Assembly: GCA_951406725.2 (NCBI GenBank)
Contig: OX597821.1
Coordinates: 33,666,001-33,730,000, forward strand
DNA: 64,000 nucleotides
From: Octopus vulgaris
Lineage: Eukaryota
Direction: 5' to 3'
This document shows, in pieces, positions 38,339 to 48,663 of this stretch. Numbering within the stretch: position 1 is the stretch's first letter; the number at the start of each line of letters is the position of its first letter. The notes beneath the pieces were generated by a model. The model worked only from the letters and a program-made list of their open reading frames with translations. It made no database searches and was not told the origin of the DNA. The position numbers and the translations under genes are program-made.

Positions 38339-38746
38339 AATGAAGTTTAAATGAAGTTAAATAAGATAAAAGAAAAATAAATGCAGAAATAAAGAATAAC
38401 AAAAAGAACAAGTTATAATAAAGAGAGTAAACAAAATGAGTAGATAAAAAAGTACATATATATATATATATATATGTATGTATATAAGTAATAAATAATG
38501 CATAACACAAAGAAAACAAGAATTTTTTTTTTATTGACTTACATCATAATCATCACCATAATCATCTTTATTTTGTTGTCTACTTTTCAAATGTTGGAAT
38601 TGGTTGGACACAGTTTCTTAGACTCTAATCTATGGCAAGGTATCTGACATGATGTCAACTCTTGTTTTCAAGTGTCTAAGAAATTTGAACGGCTGAGCCG
38701 CAAAACATGCTGTGTGTGTGTATATATATATTTATATATATATATA

Positions 38747-39163
38747 GGCACAGGAGTGGCTGTGTGGTAAGTAGCTTGCTAACCAACCACATGGTTCCGG
38801 GTTCAGTCCCACTGCGTGGCATCTTGGGCAAGTGTCTTCTGCTATAGCCCCGGACCGACCTATGCCTTGTGAGTGGATTTGGTAGACGGAAACTGAAAGA
38901 AGCCTGTCGTATATATGTATATATATATATATATGTGTGTGTTTGTGTGTGTGATTGTGTGTCTGTGTTTGTCCCCTAGCATTGCTTGACAACCGATGCT
39001 GGTGTGTTTACGTCCCCGTCACTTAGCGGTTCGGCAAAAGAGACCGATAGAATAAGTACTGGGCCTACAAAGAATAAGTCCTGGGGTCGATTTGCTCGAC
39101 TAAAGGCGGTGCTCCAGCATGGCCGCAGTCAAATGACTGAAACAAGTAAAAGAGTAAAAGAGT
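38747..39163 (+). mobile_element. SINE family A, full length, downstream of the G-gamma ORF
   Basis: Closely matches the other intact family A copies. Confidence 0.9.
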
Positions 39164-39319
39164 AATATGACGTAAATAAACACCACTGTTGCTCAAATGG
39201 CATCTAAGCAAAGATATGCAAAGTGATGCATAGATGCATATCTGTATGTAAGCATATCTACATGTATGAGTGAATGTTTGTACATATAATGTACATGTGT
39301 TTAGATGTTGGTACATCAG

Positions 39320-39552
39320 TATGGCTCACAACACCTTTGAGCAAACCGCTTTGGAGCGAACAAAATTGAGATCATCATATCAAAGTGTTTGCAACAGCAT
39401 TAACAGGCCCGGGGGTGCAAAACAAAGAAAATCGACTGCAAATATGCTGCCTGCACTGACCTGTAATCCTCGGTCTTGCAAACAACATGTATGGGCCTCT
39501 TTGCAAATTGTTGGAAGGACTCAAATGTCTCATCCGACATAAGCATAAATGA
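39320..39552 (+). mobile_element. Old RTE-like LINE C-terminal fragment with degenerate zinc-finger-like end
   Basis: TFEQTALERTKLRS resembles WE..A.DR..WRS. A shifted frame gives GPLCKLLEGLKCLIRHKHK*, resembling CGRLCKS.AGL.SH.R.KH. Confidence 0.55.
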
Positions 39553-39617
39553 CTGACAAAGAAAGAATAGGTTGTTGGATCCTTGTATATCAAAACCGAT
39601 TGGAGAGTCCATCAGAT

Positions 39618-40038
39618 ATGTGTGTGTGTGTGTGTGTGTTTGGTGTATCCGTGTGTTTGTGTGTGTGTGTGTGTGGTGTATGTGTGTTTGTGGTGTGTGT
39701 GTGTGGTGTATCTGTGTGTTTGTGGTGTGTGTGTGTGTATTTGTGTGTTTGTGGTGTGTGTGTGGTGTATCTGTGTTTGTGGTGTGTGTGTGTGTGTGTG
39801 TGTGTGTGGTGTATCTATCTGTGTGTGTGTGGTGTATCTGTGTGTTTGTGGTGTGTGTGTGTGGTGTATCTGTGTGTTTGTGGTGTGTGTGTGTGGTGTA
39901 TCTGTGTTTGTGGTGTGTGTGTGGTGTATCTGTGTGTTTGTGGTGTGTGTGTGTGTGGTGTATCTGTGTATTTGTGTGTGGTGTATCTGTGTGTTTGTGG
40001 TGTGTGTGTGGTGTATCTGTGTGTTTGTTGTGTGTGTA
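39618..40038. repeat. GT-rich minisatellite with a ~30-35 bp higher-order unit (gtggtgtatctgtgtgtttgtggtgtgtgt)
   Basis: Seen directly. Confidence 0.95.
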
Positions 40039-40884
40039 TTTAGTGAGCAGAAACCTGTTCACAGCTGTCTTGTTTCTTGAGATATAAAAAAAAAAAAAGA
40101 GCAAACCCAGATAGTCTTTTTCTTAATGGCATCTTAATTTCATAGAATTGTTGATTCTTGAGATTATCTTCCCTTCTCATTCAGATTCTGTTGTAATTGT
40201 CTCTATGGTTACCTCCTTTTGAAGCAAAGATACTTTCAATAAATCAACAATTTATCTTGTCCGGTATTTAGGATATCTTACGTCATATTTGTTGTGCAAA
40301 ATCCACGGCACTTATGGTCACTCAGTTATTTCACTTAGCTTATATTTGTCACACATACTAGAGGTGTCTGTATAAGTGATCCTTATGTATCTGTATAGCT
40401 ATTTTTATTTTCGCAAATTCAAGTAATTTCAAATTCCTCTGGTACCCAGATTGGTGGTAAAATTAACCCATTAGTTTAAAAATCACCACTTGGAATGCTG
40501 GCTGCCTTTAGTATCGCAAGTAGATGGCTTCCTGAGGAGAAGAGTAGAAATTGCCTCGTTTTCAGCTCTACAACAATGTCCAGCAAACTGGACATTGTTT
40601 GCTACTCCTGCTACTAATTAGGACCCCTAAGTATCAGAAAATATCAAGCACTTCTGGGTGTTGGAGACAGATTTTTCACATGTGCTCTTAGTACTTATTA
40701 CCCTTGTGCACTTGCCATAGGCACAAAGGGAGCAAGTGCTAAGTGCTAAGACTTCTCTGTGAGCTTACACCTTTTGTACTTCTATTAATATTTACATTGG
40801 GTGCACCATATGGTATACCTACCTCCTCCTTTTCATCACAGATATTTCTCTTATGGTTTCTGTGCCTTATTTTATGTTAGCATA

Positions 40885-41100
40885 GAGGCTCCTGATTCTA
40901 GGTTTTATTTCTATGCCTGGAATTTTTCTACAATTCTATCACTGATTTGACTATAAAAGCTAGGTCATCTGCATAGAGGAGTTCCCATAGGCAACCATTC
41001 CTTGGTAAGGACTTGGAGGATTAATAAACAGATGATTGAGGACTGACCTCTGACATACTCCTATTGTCACGTAGAATTCATCTCTATGCTTTTAATGTTG
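40885..41100 (-). pseudogene. Reverse-transcriptase remnant of an RTE-clade LINE
   Basis: Minus-strand frame GCLWELLYADDLAFIVKSVIEL*KKFQA*K*NLESG contains the YADD motif and in-frame stops. Confidence 0.8.
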
Positions 41101-41234
41101 ACCTTCCTGCCTGCACTTGCACAGCTCAACAATTCCCAGATCACACACACAGCACCCCCCCCCCACAATGTCAAAGAATGCCCAGCTGTAGGCCTTTAAG
41201 AAGTACTGTAATAAATTTGTTATATTTTGGGATA

Positions 41235-41634
41235 CTCTTTACTCTCTTTTACTTGTTTCAGTCATTTGACTGTGGCCATGCTGGAGCACTGCCTTTTAGT
41301 CGAGCAAATCGACCCCAGGACTTATTCTTTGGAAGCCTAGTACTTATTCTATCGGTCTCTTTCGCCGAACCGCTAAGTTACGGGGACGTAAACACACCAG
41401 CATCGGTTGTCAAGCAATGTTGGGGGGACAAACACAGACACACAAACACACACACATATATACATATATACGACGAGCTTCTTTCAGTCTCCGTCTACCA
41501 AATCCACTCACAAGGCTTTGGTCAGCCCGAAGCTATAGTGGAAGACACTTGCCCAAGGTGCCACGTAGTGGGACTGAACCTGGAACCATATGGTTGGTAA
41601 GCAAGCTACTTACCACACAGCCACTCCTATGCCT
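41235..41634 (-). mobile_element. SINE family A, full length
   Basis: Reverse-complement match. Confidence 0.9.
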
Positions 41635-42090
41635 ATGGTCATTTTTTATTTATTTATTTTTGTCAAATAACCACATACACTATATATTCCTTCTTCACTC
41701 GTTTATAATTGTTCTTATTTTATCTTATGTCCATTATCTGGAAATCTTTTGTCACACACTTGTGACCTCATCAGCAACTCTTCCATCCTATGTGTCTCCT
41801 CCTGTTCTGATTAGTCCATTCTGTCTTTCTAAATATAACTATATCTATTTCAACACATGATTTTGCATCAGGAATCTTGCAAAACAAATCCATAAATTAA
41901 ATAAATTTACTTTTGATTAATATGAACTGGGGGAAGGAAACTGGGTTACCTTTTGAGGAATGGTTAAACAGACCATGAAATGTTTTGTCAGGAGACTCCC
42001 TATTCTTTTTCTCATTCATTAAAAGCATAAAAAAAATCTGCTTATTTCCCATTTCTCTCATAGCTTTGCTTCCTACCCACTGCCTGTTTC

Positions 42091-42418
42091 TTTGGGCAAG
42101 TGTCTTCTATTATAGCCCTAGGCCAACGAAAGCCAGGTGAGTGGATTTGGTAGACAGAAACTGAAGAAAGCCCGTCGTGTGTGTGTGTGTGTATTTGTAT
42201 GTATGTATGTGTCTGTTTGTCTCCCTTCCCCACCATAGCTTGACAACTGATGTTAGTGTATTTCTGCCTCTGTAACTTAGCGGTTCGGCAAAAACAAAAA
42301 AAGATAAAATAAGTGTTAGGCTTACAAAGAATAAGTTCTGGGGTTGAATTGTTCAACTAAAGGTGATGCTGCAGCATGGCCACAGTCAAATGACTGAAGA
42401 AAGTGAAGGAATAAAAGA
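42091..42418 (+). mobile_element. SINE family A, 5'-truncated
   Basis: Starts at the tttgggcaagtg core; tail present. Confidence 0.8.
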
Positions 42419-42945
42419 ATATATATATACATATGTGTGTGTGTGTGTGTATATATATATGTATATAGATATATATGATGGACTCTCGCATCATTAGATG
42501 ACGTATGAGGGTTTGACAGTTTTTTCACCAAACAACCACACAAAATGATTTGTTTATAAGTTCACTCGCTCCATCAAATCGACATTACCTGTACAGGTGC
42601 AACGAGTGTCACATGTCAGATGATGATCACAAAGCAATGTGAAACGAAGTGCTTTGCTCAAGAACACAACGAAACGCCCGGTCTGAGAATCGAACCCATT
42701 TTCTCACAATCATGAGTGCAACACCCTAACCACCAAGTAATTATCTGGACTTTGGGTATATATCTATTAGTGTGCCAATTAACCCTTTCGTTACTGTGTT
42801 TCTTTCAATTAATTTTAAATATAACAAAGAATTGCGTAAAATAATTTGGTTATCATTCAGCTAGTGTTAGGAATATAAATTGTGACTAAGGTTTGGTGGA
42901 AGATTTTAATTCAAAACTTGACATTTGTACTACAGAGCCAGAGGC

Positions 42946-43413
42946 TTCTTCTTCTTCTTCTTACAGCATTGACCCGGGGTGGGTTGAGCTGGCTTCATTC
43001 AACCTCAATGCTGCATCTCTCACAAACGCCGACCAGGCCTGGCAATTTGAGGTTAACGACCGCATGATCTCCAACCACTCCTTATTCCAGCAGCGAACGC
43101 CGTAGATATGGGGGCCTAGGTTGGGTTCCAGATCAGCCTTGACTTTCGTCAGCCAGGTTTTTTGTTGTACACCACATCGCTTTCGCCAACCTTGAAGGGG
43201 AGCCGGGGCAATTGCTTCGTAGATGAATTCTCCTGGTTGACGACGGAGCGCATGACCCAGCCAACGCAGACGTCTCGTTAGGATGACTTGTCGGAGGGAG
43301 GTGATTCTGCACTGGTGTTGCACTGAATTGTTGGAGACAAAGTGATGCCATCGGACACGAGGGATGTGGCGTAGACAGAGGTGATCGACGGATTCTAGTC
43401 ATGTATATCGCAT
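42946..43413 (-). mobile_element. 5'-truncated RTE-clade LINE with (AAG)n tail and 12-bp TSD, inserted in a piggyBac-like MITE
   Basis: ORF 42961-43323 (RRLRWLGHALRR...KTWL..VKADLE...WSAFVRD) is an RTE C-terminus. TSD agagccagaggc at 42934-42945 and 43414-43425. Confidence 0.9.
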
Positions 43414-44541
43414 AGAGCCAGAGGCGTTTTCAGTCTGGTTAGTAATGAGAGGGTTCAAGCACATTCACCATTTGGGCTACCTAATGTCATCCACAGTTAC
43501 AGTATAATTTTCATTGGATCTATATTAGGAAATCTGTGTGTGTGTGTGTGTGTGTATTGAGAGAGAGTGGGAGAAAGATGTGTATATATACACACACATA
43601 CATATATACAGAGAAAAAGAGAGAAAAACGTTTAGCTTCTTTTAAAATTTTTCTATGAGAAACATTTCAAAAATTTTTACCTTATTACCTTTCTGGAAAT
43701 CATTGCTTTCACTTCTGTTGTTCAATTTATTTATTTTTTTTATTTTTTAACTAATTCAGAAACTGAAACCTCTTGTTCAAAGTTCTTGTGTTATACTTGA
43801 AACCTTTTTTTTTAAATATATTTTCTTCATTTGAAAATTATTCAAAACTAGAGTTGCTATTGTTAAATCCGAAGTGCATCATTTTAAAGAATTAAATGAG
43901 CAGAACAACATTGTAGAAATACGGAACAAGAAAATAAAATAAAATGAAATTAGGAGAAAATATTCCAAGCATTTGAAGAACACAAAAAGTCATGTCATAA
44001 AAGTATCATAAAAGTGTCATATAATGATCAATGTCACTTGTTTTATGAGCAATTCTGCATTTTATTTTTAGTACAATTCAAAACATGAAGAAAAAGGAAT
44101 TTTATATTTTTTTGTTATAAAATTGATAGAAATTAAAGCATTTTCCCTCATTTTGAAAAGTTACAAAATTGTAATGCTGATGATATTCATGTTGTTGTCA
44201 TCCAAGCATTCCTCAGAGTTTTTTCAGTGCTCCCAGAATCAAAAGAGTAATTAATTTTCTTTGTGTAAAAAAGGTCATTCAAGGTTGTTTAATACCAATT
44301 TTTTTTTTTATGACTATGATACTGTCCTTGCTTTCATTTCCATGTATTTGACCCGTTGGCAAACTCAAGCTGTTATTCACTTCTTGATATGATCTGATAG
44401 TGTTACCTCATGATGTGAGAGTTCCGTCTATTTAGTCAATAGCCCGTGAAAAGCTTGTTTGTGAATTCAACAAGGGATTATAATATGTTACCATATTTTC
44501 CTGCACACAAGTTAATACAGTTTATAGTGTAAGCATGCAGT

Positions 44542-44880
44542 TGCTGAGACCCCCTTCGGTCATGACTGACCGTGGGATTGCACCTAGAAAGTTACCCTCC
44601 CAGGCACAAGTCCGGGCGAGGTTGTTTATTGAAGACCAGCAGTTGCCCATTCATACCGGCCTCCCCTCTCCACGCCACCAGTGTTATCCAAAGGAAAGGC
44701 AAGGACCAATACAGCTTGGCACCTGTGACGTCGCAACTCATTTCTACAGCTGAGTGAACTGGAGCAATGTGAAATAAAGTGTCTTGCTCAAGAACACAAC
44801 ACGCAGCCTGGTCTGGGATTTGAACTCACAACTTAACGATTGTAAGCTCGACGCTCTAACCACTGAGCCTGTGCTTTCAC
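44542..44880 (-). mobile_element. SINE family B copy
   Basis: Reverse-complement match to 759-1086. Imperfect TSD taagcatgcagt / taaacatgcagt. Confidence 0.85.
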
Positions 44881-45058
44881 TAAACATGCAGTAAAACTAT
44901 TCAAACATCGCCACTAGCTTTCCAAACCCTGCTGCATTTCACATGGAATATTTGGTCCCCCAAAGTTACCTTGGTATATAAGACAACCTACCATAATTCG
45001 ACAAATTCAATTTGTGTGCTGGAAAATACAATAGTCCTCTTGATATTAGTTACTTTTA

Positions 45059-45272
45059 GGCGAGCTGGCAGAACCGTTAGCACGGCGGGCGAAATGCGTT
45101 GCCGTATTTTGTCTGCCGTTACGTTCTGAGTTCAAATTCCGCCAAGGTCGACTTTGCCTTTCATCCTTTTGGGGTTGATAAATTAAGTACCAGTTGCACG
45201 CTGGGGTCGATGTCATCGACTTAATCCGTTTGTCCCCTCTATGTTTAGCCCCTTGTGGGTAATATAGAAACA
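45059..45272 (+). mobile_element. SINE family D with Nin/Deu-like central domain, young copy with 17-bp TSD
   Basis: TSD gatattagttactttta at 45042-45058 and 45273-45289. The gcctttcatcctt..ggggttgataaattaagtacc motif resembles the Nin/Deu SINE domain. Decayed copies lie near 1530-1750, 2860-3010, 10760-10960, 13140-13330, 54400-54770 and 55230-55600. Confidence 0.8.
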
Positions 45273-45770
45273 GATATTAGTTACTTTTATGTTTAATGGA
45301 TTTTGTTAAGTAAGCCCTCAAGTGGTCTCCACACAAAAAGGGACAACTTTCCAAGGAATCCACCAGGACAGCGTGATCCCATATTTTCTATCCACAATTG
45401 GAATTATAGTGGAATTACTACATGACATGGAGTTTACTATACAAATAATATTTGGTCATGCATTGTTGCTTAATTTTGCTCCAGACTTGTGTTATTTCAT
45501 CCAACCATTTAGCATTTAATCCAGCTATATTCAGCCCAAATATTCTGCCTGTTTTATTTTCAAACTAGTCAGATCCAGCCTCTCACATCTACTCTACAAT
45601 GTCATTCTGAAATCTTGAAACTACATGATAATATATGATTAATTCACAATAACATGAATAAATAATCATTGCATTTGACGGAGTAATATCTGAAATGCTA
45701 AAGGGTTAATCTTTTAGCATTCACATTAATCTGTAAAATGTAATGCTTATGTATTCACAATCATCATCAT

Positions 45771-46440
45771 CATCAATTAACATCCATTGTCCATGCAGGC
45801 ATGGGTTGGATGGTTTGACCAGGGCTGATAAGCTGAGGGGCTGCACCAGACTCAAGCCTGATTTGGCATGGTTTCTATGGTCGGATGCCCTTCCAGATGC
45901 CAACCACACTGAGAGTGTAATGGGTACTTTTACATGCTGCCAGCATGGGTGCTATTTGTGTGTCACCAGTATCTGCCATGACTGTTTTCATTTGGTTTGA
46001 TGGGGTCTTCTCAAGCACACCATATTGCCAAAGGTCTAGGTCAGTTGTCATTGCCTCCATGAAGCCCAATGCTCGAAAGTTGTTTTTACGTGCCACTGGC
46101 ATGGGTGCTAGTTATGTGACACCAGCATCAGCCACATTGCCTCCATGGGACTCAATGCTCGAAAGGTGCTGTTTACATTCCACCTGCATGGGTGCTAGTC
46201 ATGTGACACCATCATCAACAGCCACTATGATTTCATTTGGTTTGATGGGCCTTCTCAAGCACAGCATATCTCCAATGGTCTTGGTCACTAGTCATTGCCT
46301 CCATGAGACCCAACGTTCGAAGATCATACTTCACCACCTCATCCCATGTCTTCCTGGGTCTACCTCTACCATAGGTTCTCTCCACAGTAGAGGTAGATCT
46401 AGTAAAACATGGGATGAGTCAGTGAAGCATGATCTTCAAA
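45771..46440 (-). mobile_element. RTE-clade LINE 3' end with internal duplications and (GAT)n tail
   Basis: Minus-strand translation around 46250-46370 gives RGRPRKTWDEVVKYDLRTLGLMEAMTSDQDHWRYAVLEK, typical of an RTE ORF C-terminus. Confidence 0.8.
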
Positions 46441-47949
46441 TGTGCTTGAATTAATCATGCATTACCTCATAGCTTTGAGATTTCAATGACATGATAGTCT
46501 ATTTTTAGAGTGATATTGTGGGGTAGGTATGAGAGGCAAGATCTGGCCTGTTTGATCATAAAATAGTCAGATTATTTGGGTTAGATATGGCTGGTTTAAA
46601 TGCTAAACGGTTCAGGTAAGTATTGAAATACATTGCTACCATGGAACACATTTGCTCACAAGTCTGGGAAGCAGTTTTGTTAAAAGGATGTTTGAGGTTA
46701 ATTTTTACAGGATATTGTAGCACCTGAACCACCACCTGACTAACACAAACCCTGATGTTGTGCTTAAAAGATGCAGGCTGATTTTCTTGAACATGATTTT
46801 GGAGAAAAGAAATAGCATACACGCCAGAGGCTGTGAAACATGGTACATTTCATTAACTTGCAGTTTCTTTTATTATTTTGGTTCTTTATTTCATATTTTC
46901 AAATGTCTTGGCTTTGGTTTATATCATTATAAATTTGGGTTTTCTACTTCTGTATGCAATACTTCTTTATTTCTTTGTCTGTCTATTTGTCCATTCTTGT
47001 CGCCATTTCTGTTTCCTAAATTAGTCAATTGTTTGGGAATCCTGTAAAATGAGGGATCTAATTTTTCCTTTTTCTTCTCATTATATCTTATTAACCATCA
47101 AATACAGTACATTTCAATAGCCTGCTGTGTCATTTTCCTTATTTCATTTCTTTATTTCAACTTTATCTTATGACCTTTTTTTCTTCTTTTTATCATGGCC
47201 TCTATTATCATTTTGGTTTCAGTTATTTTGTTTGTGGGTTTATTTTATGTATATCTCTTGTCTCTGCTCCAAGTCTCATTTCTGCATGGGTGCAAATTTT
47301 CCCTCTTATCCAAAATTCATTTTGTAAATTTGCCATTTTGTTTTTTTTTTTTTTCCATATTTTATTGGTGATGGGATTTTTGTGCCTGTTTTTTTTTTTC
47401 ATCTCCTTTTGTTTTTTACTTTGATTAAATTTAGAAGTATCTGATAGTCAAAGACTGCCAATATAGAGCACTTTGTCGAGTGCTTATTGTAACTAGCTAG
47501 AAACTTCACATTACTAAAATTATATATTGCTGTAGTGAACTTTGTCATTCATCTTCCTGTGGGAGATGGTTTGATGCACGCACCACACACACACACACAC
47601 ACACAAAATACTAGTGGTCAATTCAGTCAATTAGTTTCTTTTCTGTAAAAATTGTCTGTTTACTTAATCAAAACAAATCAATATGTAAGCAATATGAATT
47701 GTTATTTATATAGTATACCGAATCTGTCATTTGGTAAGTAATGACTGGAAGGAAAACTACTTAAATCAATCACATATGAAGTTTGAATAATATCGTAAGC
47801 AAGTGAACAATAACAGAGATTGCTACAACTGACTCAAGCCAGATTGAAGAGTTACTGCCGGCTGATAGTAAGGAATTTTTGCTTAACAGGTACAGGAAAT
47901 TGGAGTGACAGAGAAGTTTACCAGTATGTTGTGCAATGAGAAAGAGAAG

Positions 47950-47952
47950 ATT

Positions 47953-47994
<42 letters not shown>

Positions 47995-48526
47995 GTTATT
48001 ATCATTATTATTATTATTGAGTGAGAGAGCAGTGCATGCCATCAAAGTGACACTGGAGTAAAATATACGAAGCCCAGTATACCCATCATGACTACCCGTC
48101 TGATAAGGATACTCCAGGCACATGTATCACAACCATATGTGCGTGACATGGTGATCTCATCGAGATTAACAGCAAGTGGGGCCTAGTTAGAATTTTCTTC
48201 AGGTCGAGTAACCCATCCCACTCAGAAGGTCCTTGAATAAGGGTTGTTTAAGGATGTTAAACGAAACACCCATGTTTCCAGAGGTGAATTATCCGAACCC
48301 CAAACAATTTCTTTCAACACACGACTATGATGCTCCATCACTACTTCTACTCCTGATCAGAGATGCCCATATTGTCAGCCACCAAGGGACATGCTCAACT
48401 GGTTAAAGTCCATCAACTGACAAGCAAATCTATGGTATTGAGCAGAATATTTGCTGTAGCGCATCTTTTATATCAAGACAAAACAATCGGTTACGCTGAG
48501 AAGTCATGAGAGTCACTGCCTGGTAC
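47950..48526 (-). mobile_element. Second copy of the (AAT)n-tailed repeat
   Basis: Matches 10965-11530. Confidence 0.7.
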
Positions 48527-48583
48527 ACACACAAAAGAAAAAGAGATAACAAAGGAATAAATGATCATCTTGTGAACTTCATT

Positions 48584-48663
48584 AGCTTACAGCCGTTCCA
48601 CTATAAGCTATGATGGACTCATAGTTGTGTGCCTGAGTAACACCTTACAGCTTCATCAGAGCC
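48584..48663 (-). ncRNA. Degenerate minimal type I hammerhead ribozyme motif (Penelope-like element type)
   Basis: Minus strand reads ggct-CTGATGA-a-gctgtaag...cttatagt-GGAAC-ggct-GTA-agct. Stem I is ggct/agct, stem II is gctgtaag/cttatagt, and stem III is short and near-palindromic with a GUA cleavage triplet. The GAAA box is mutated to GGAA. Confidence 0.5.

Noticed and set aside
38330-38350. A-to-I editing of the UAA stop restoring a CaaX box on G-gamma
   Set aside because: Readthrough would give ...CLK-W-NEV-stop, which still has no Cys at -4.
39400-40104. Cys/Val-rich and His/Thr-rich ORFs
   Set aside because: Artefacts of the GT minisatellite.
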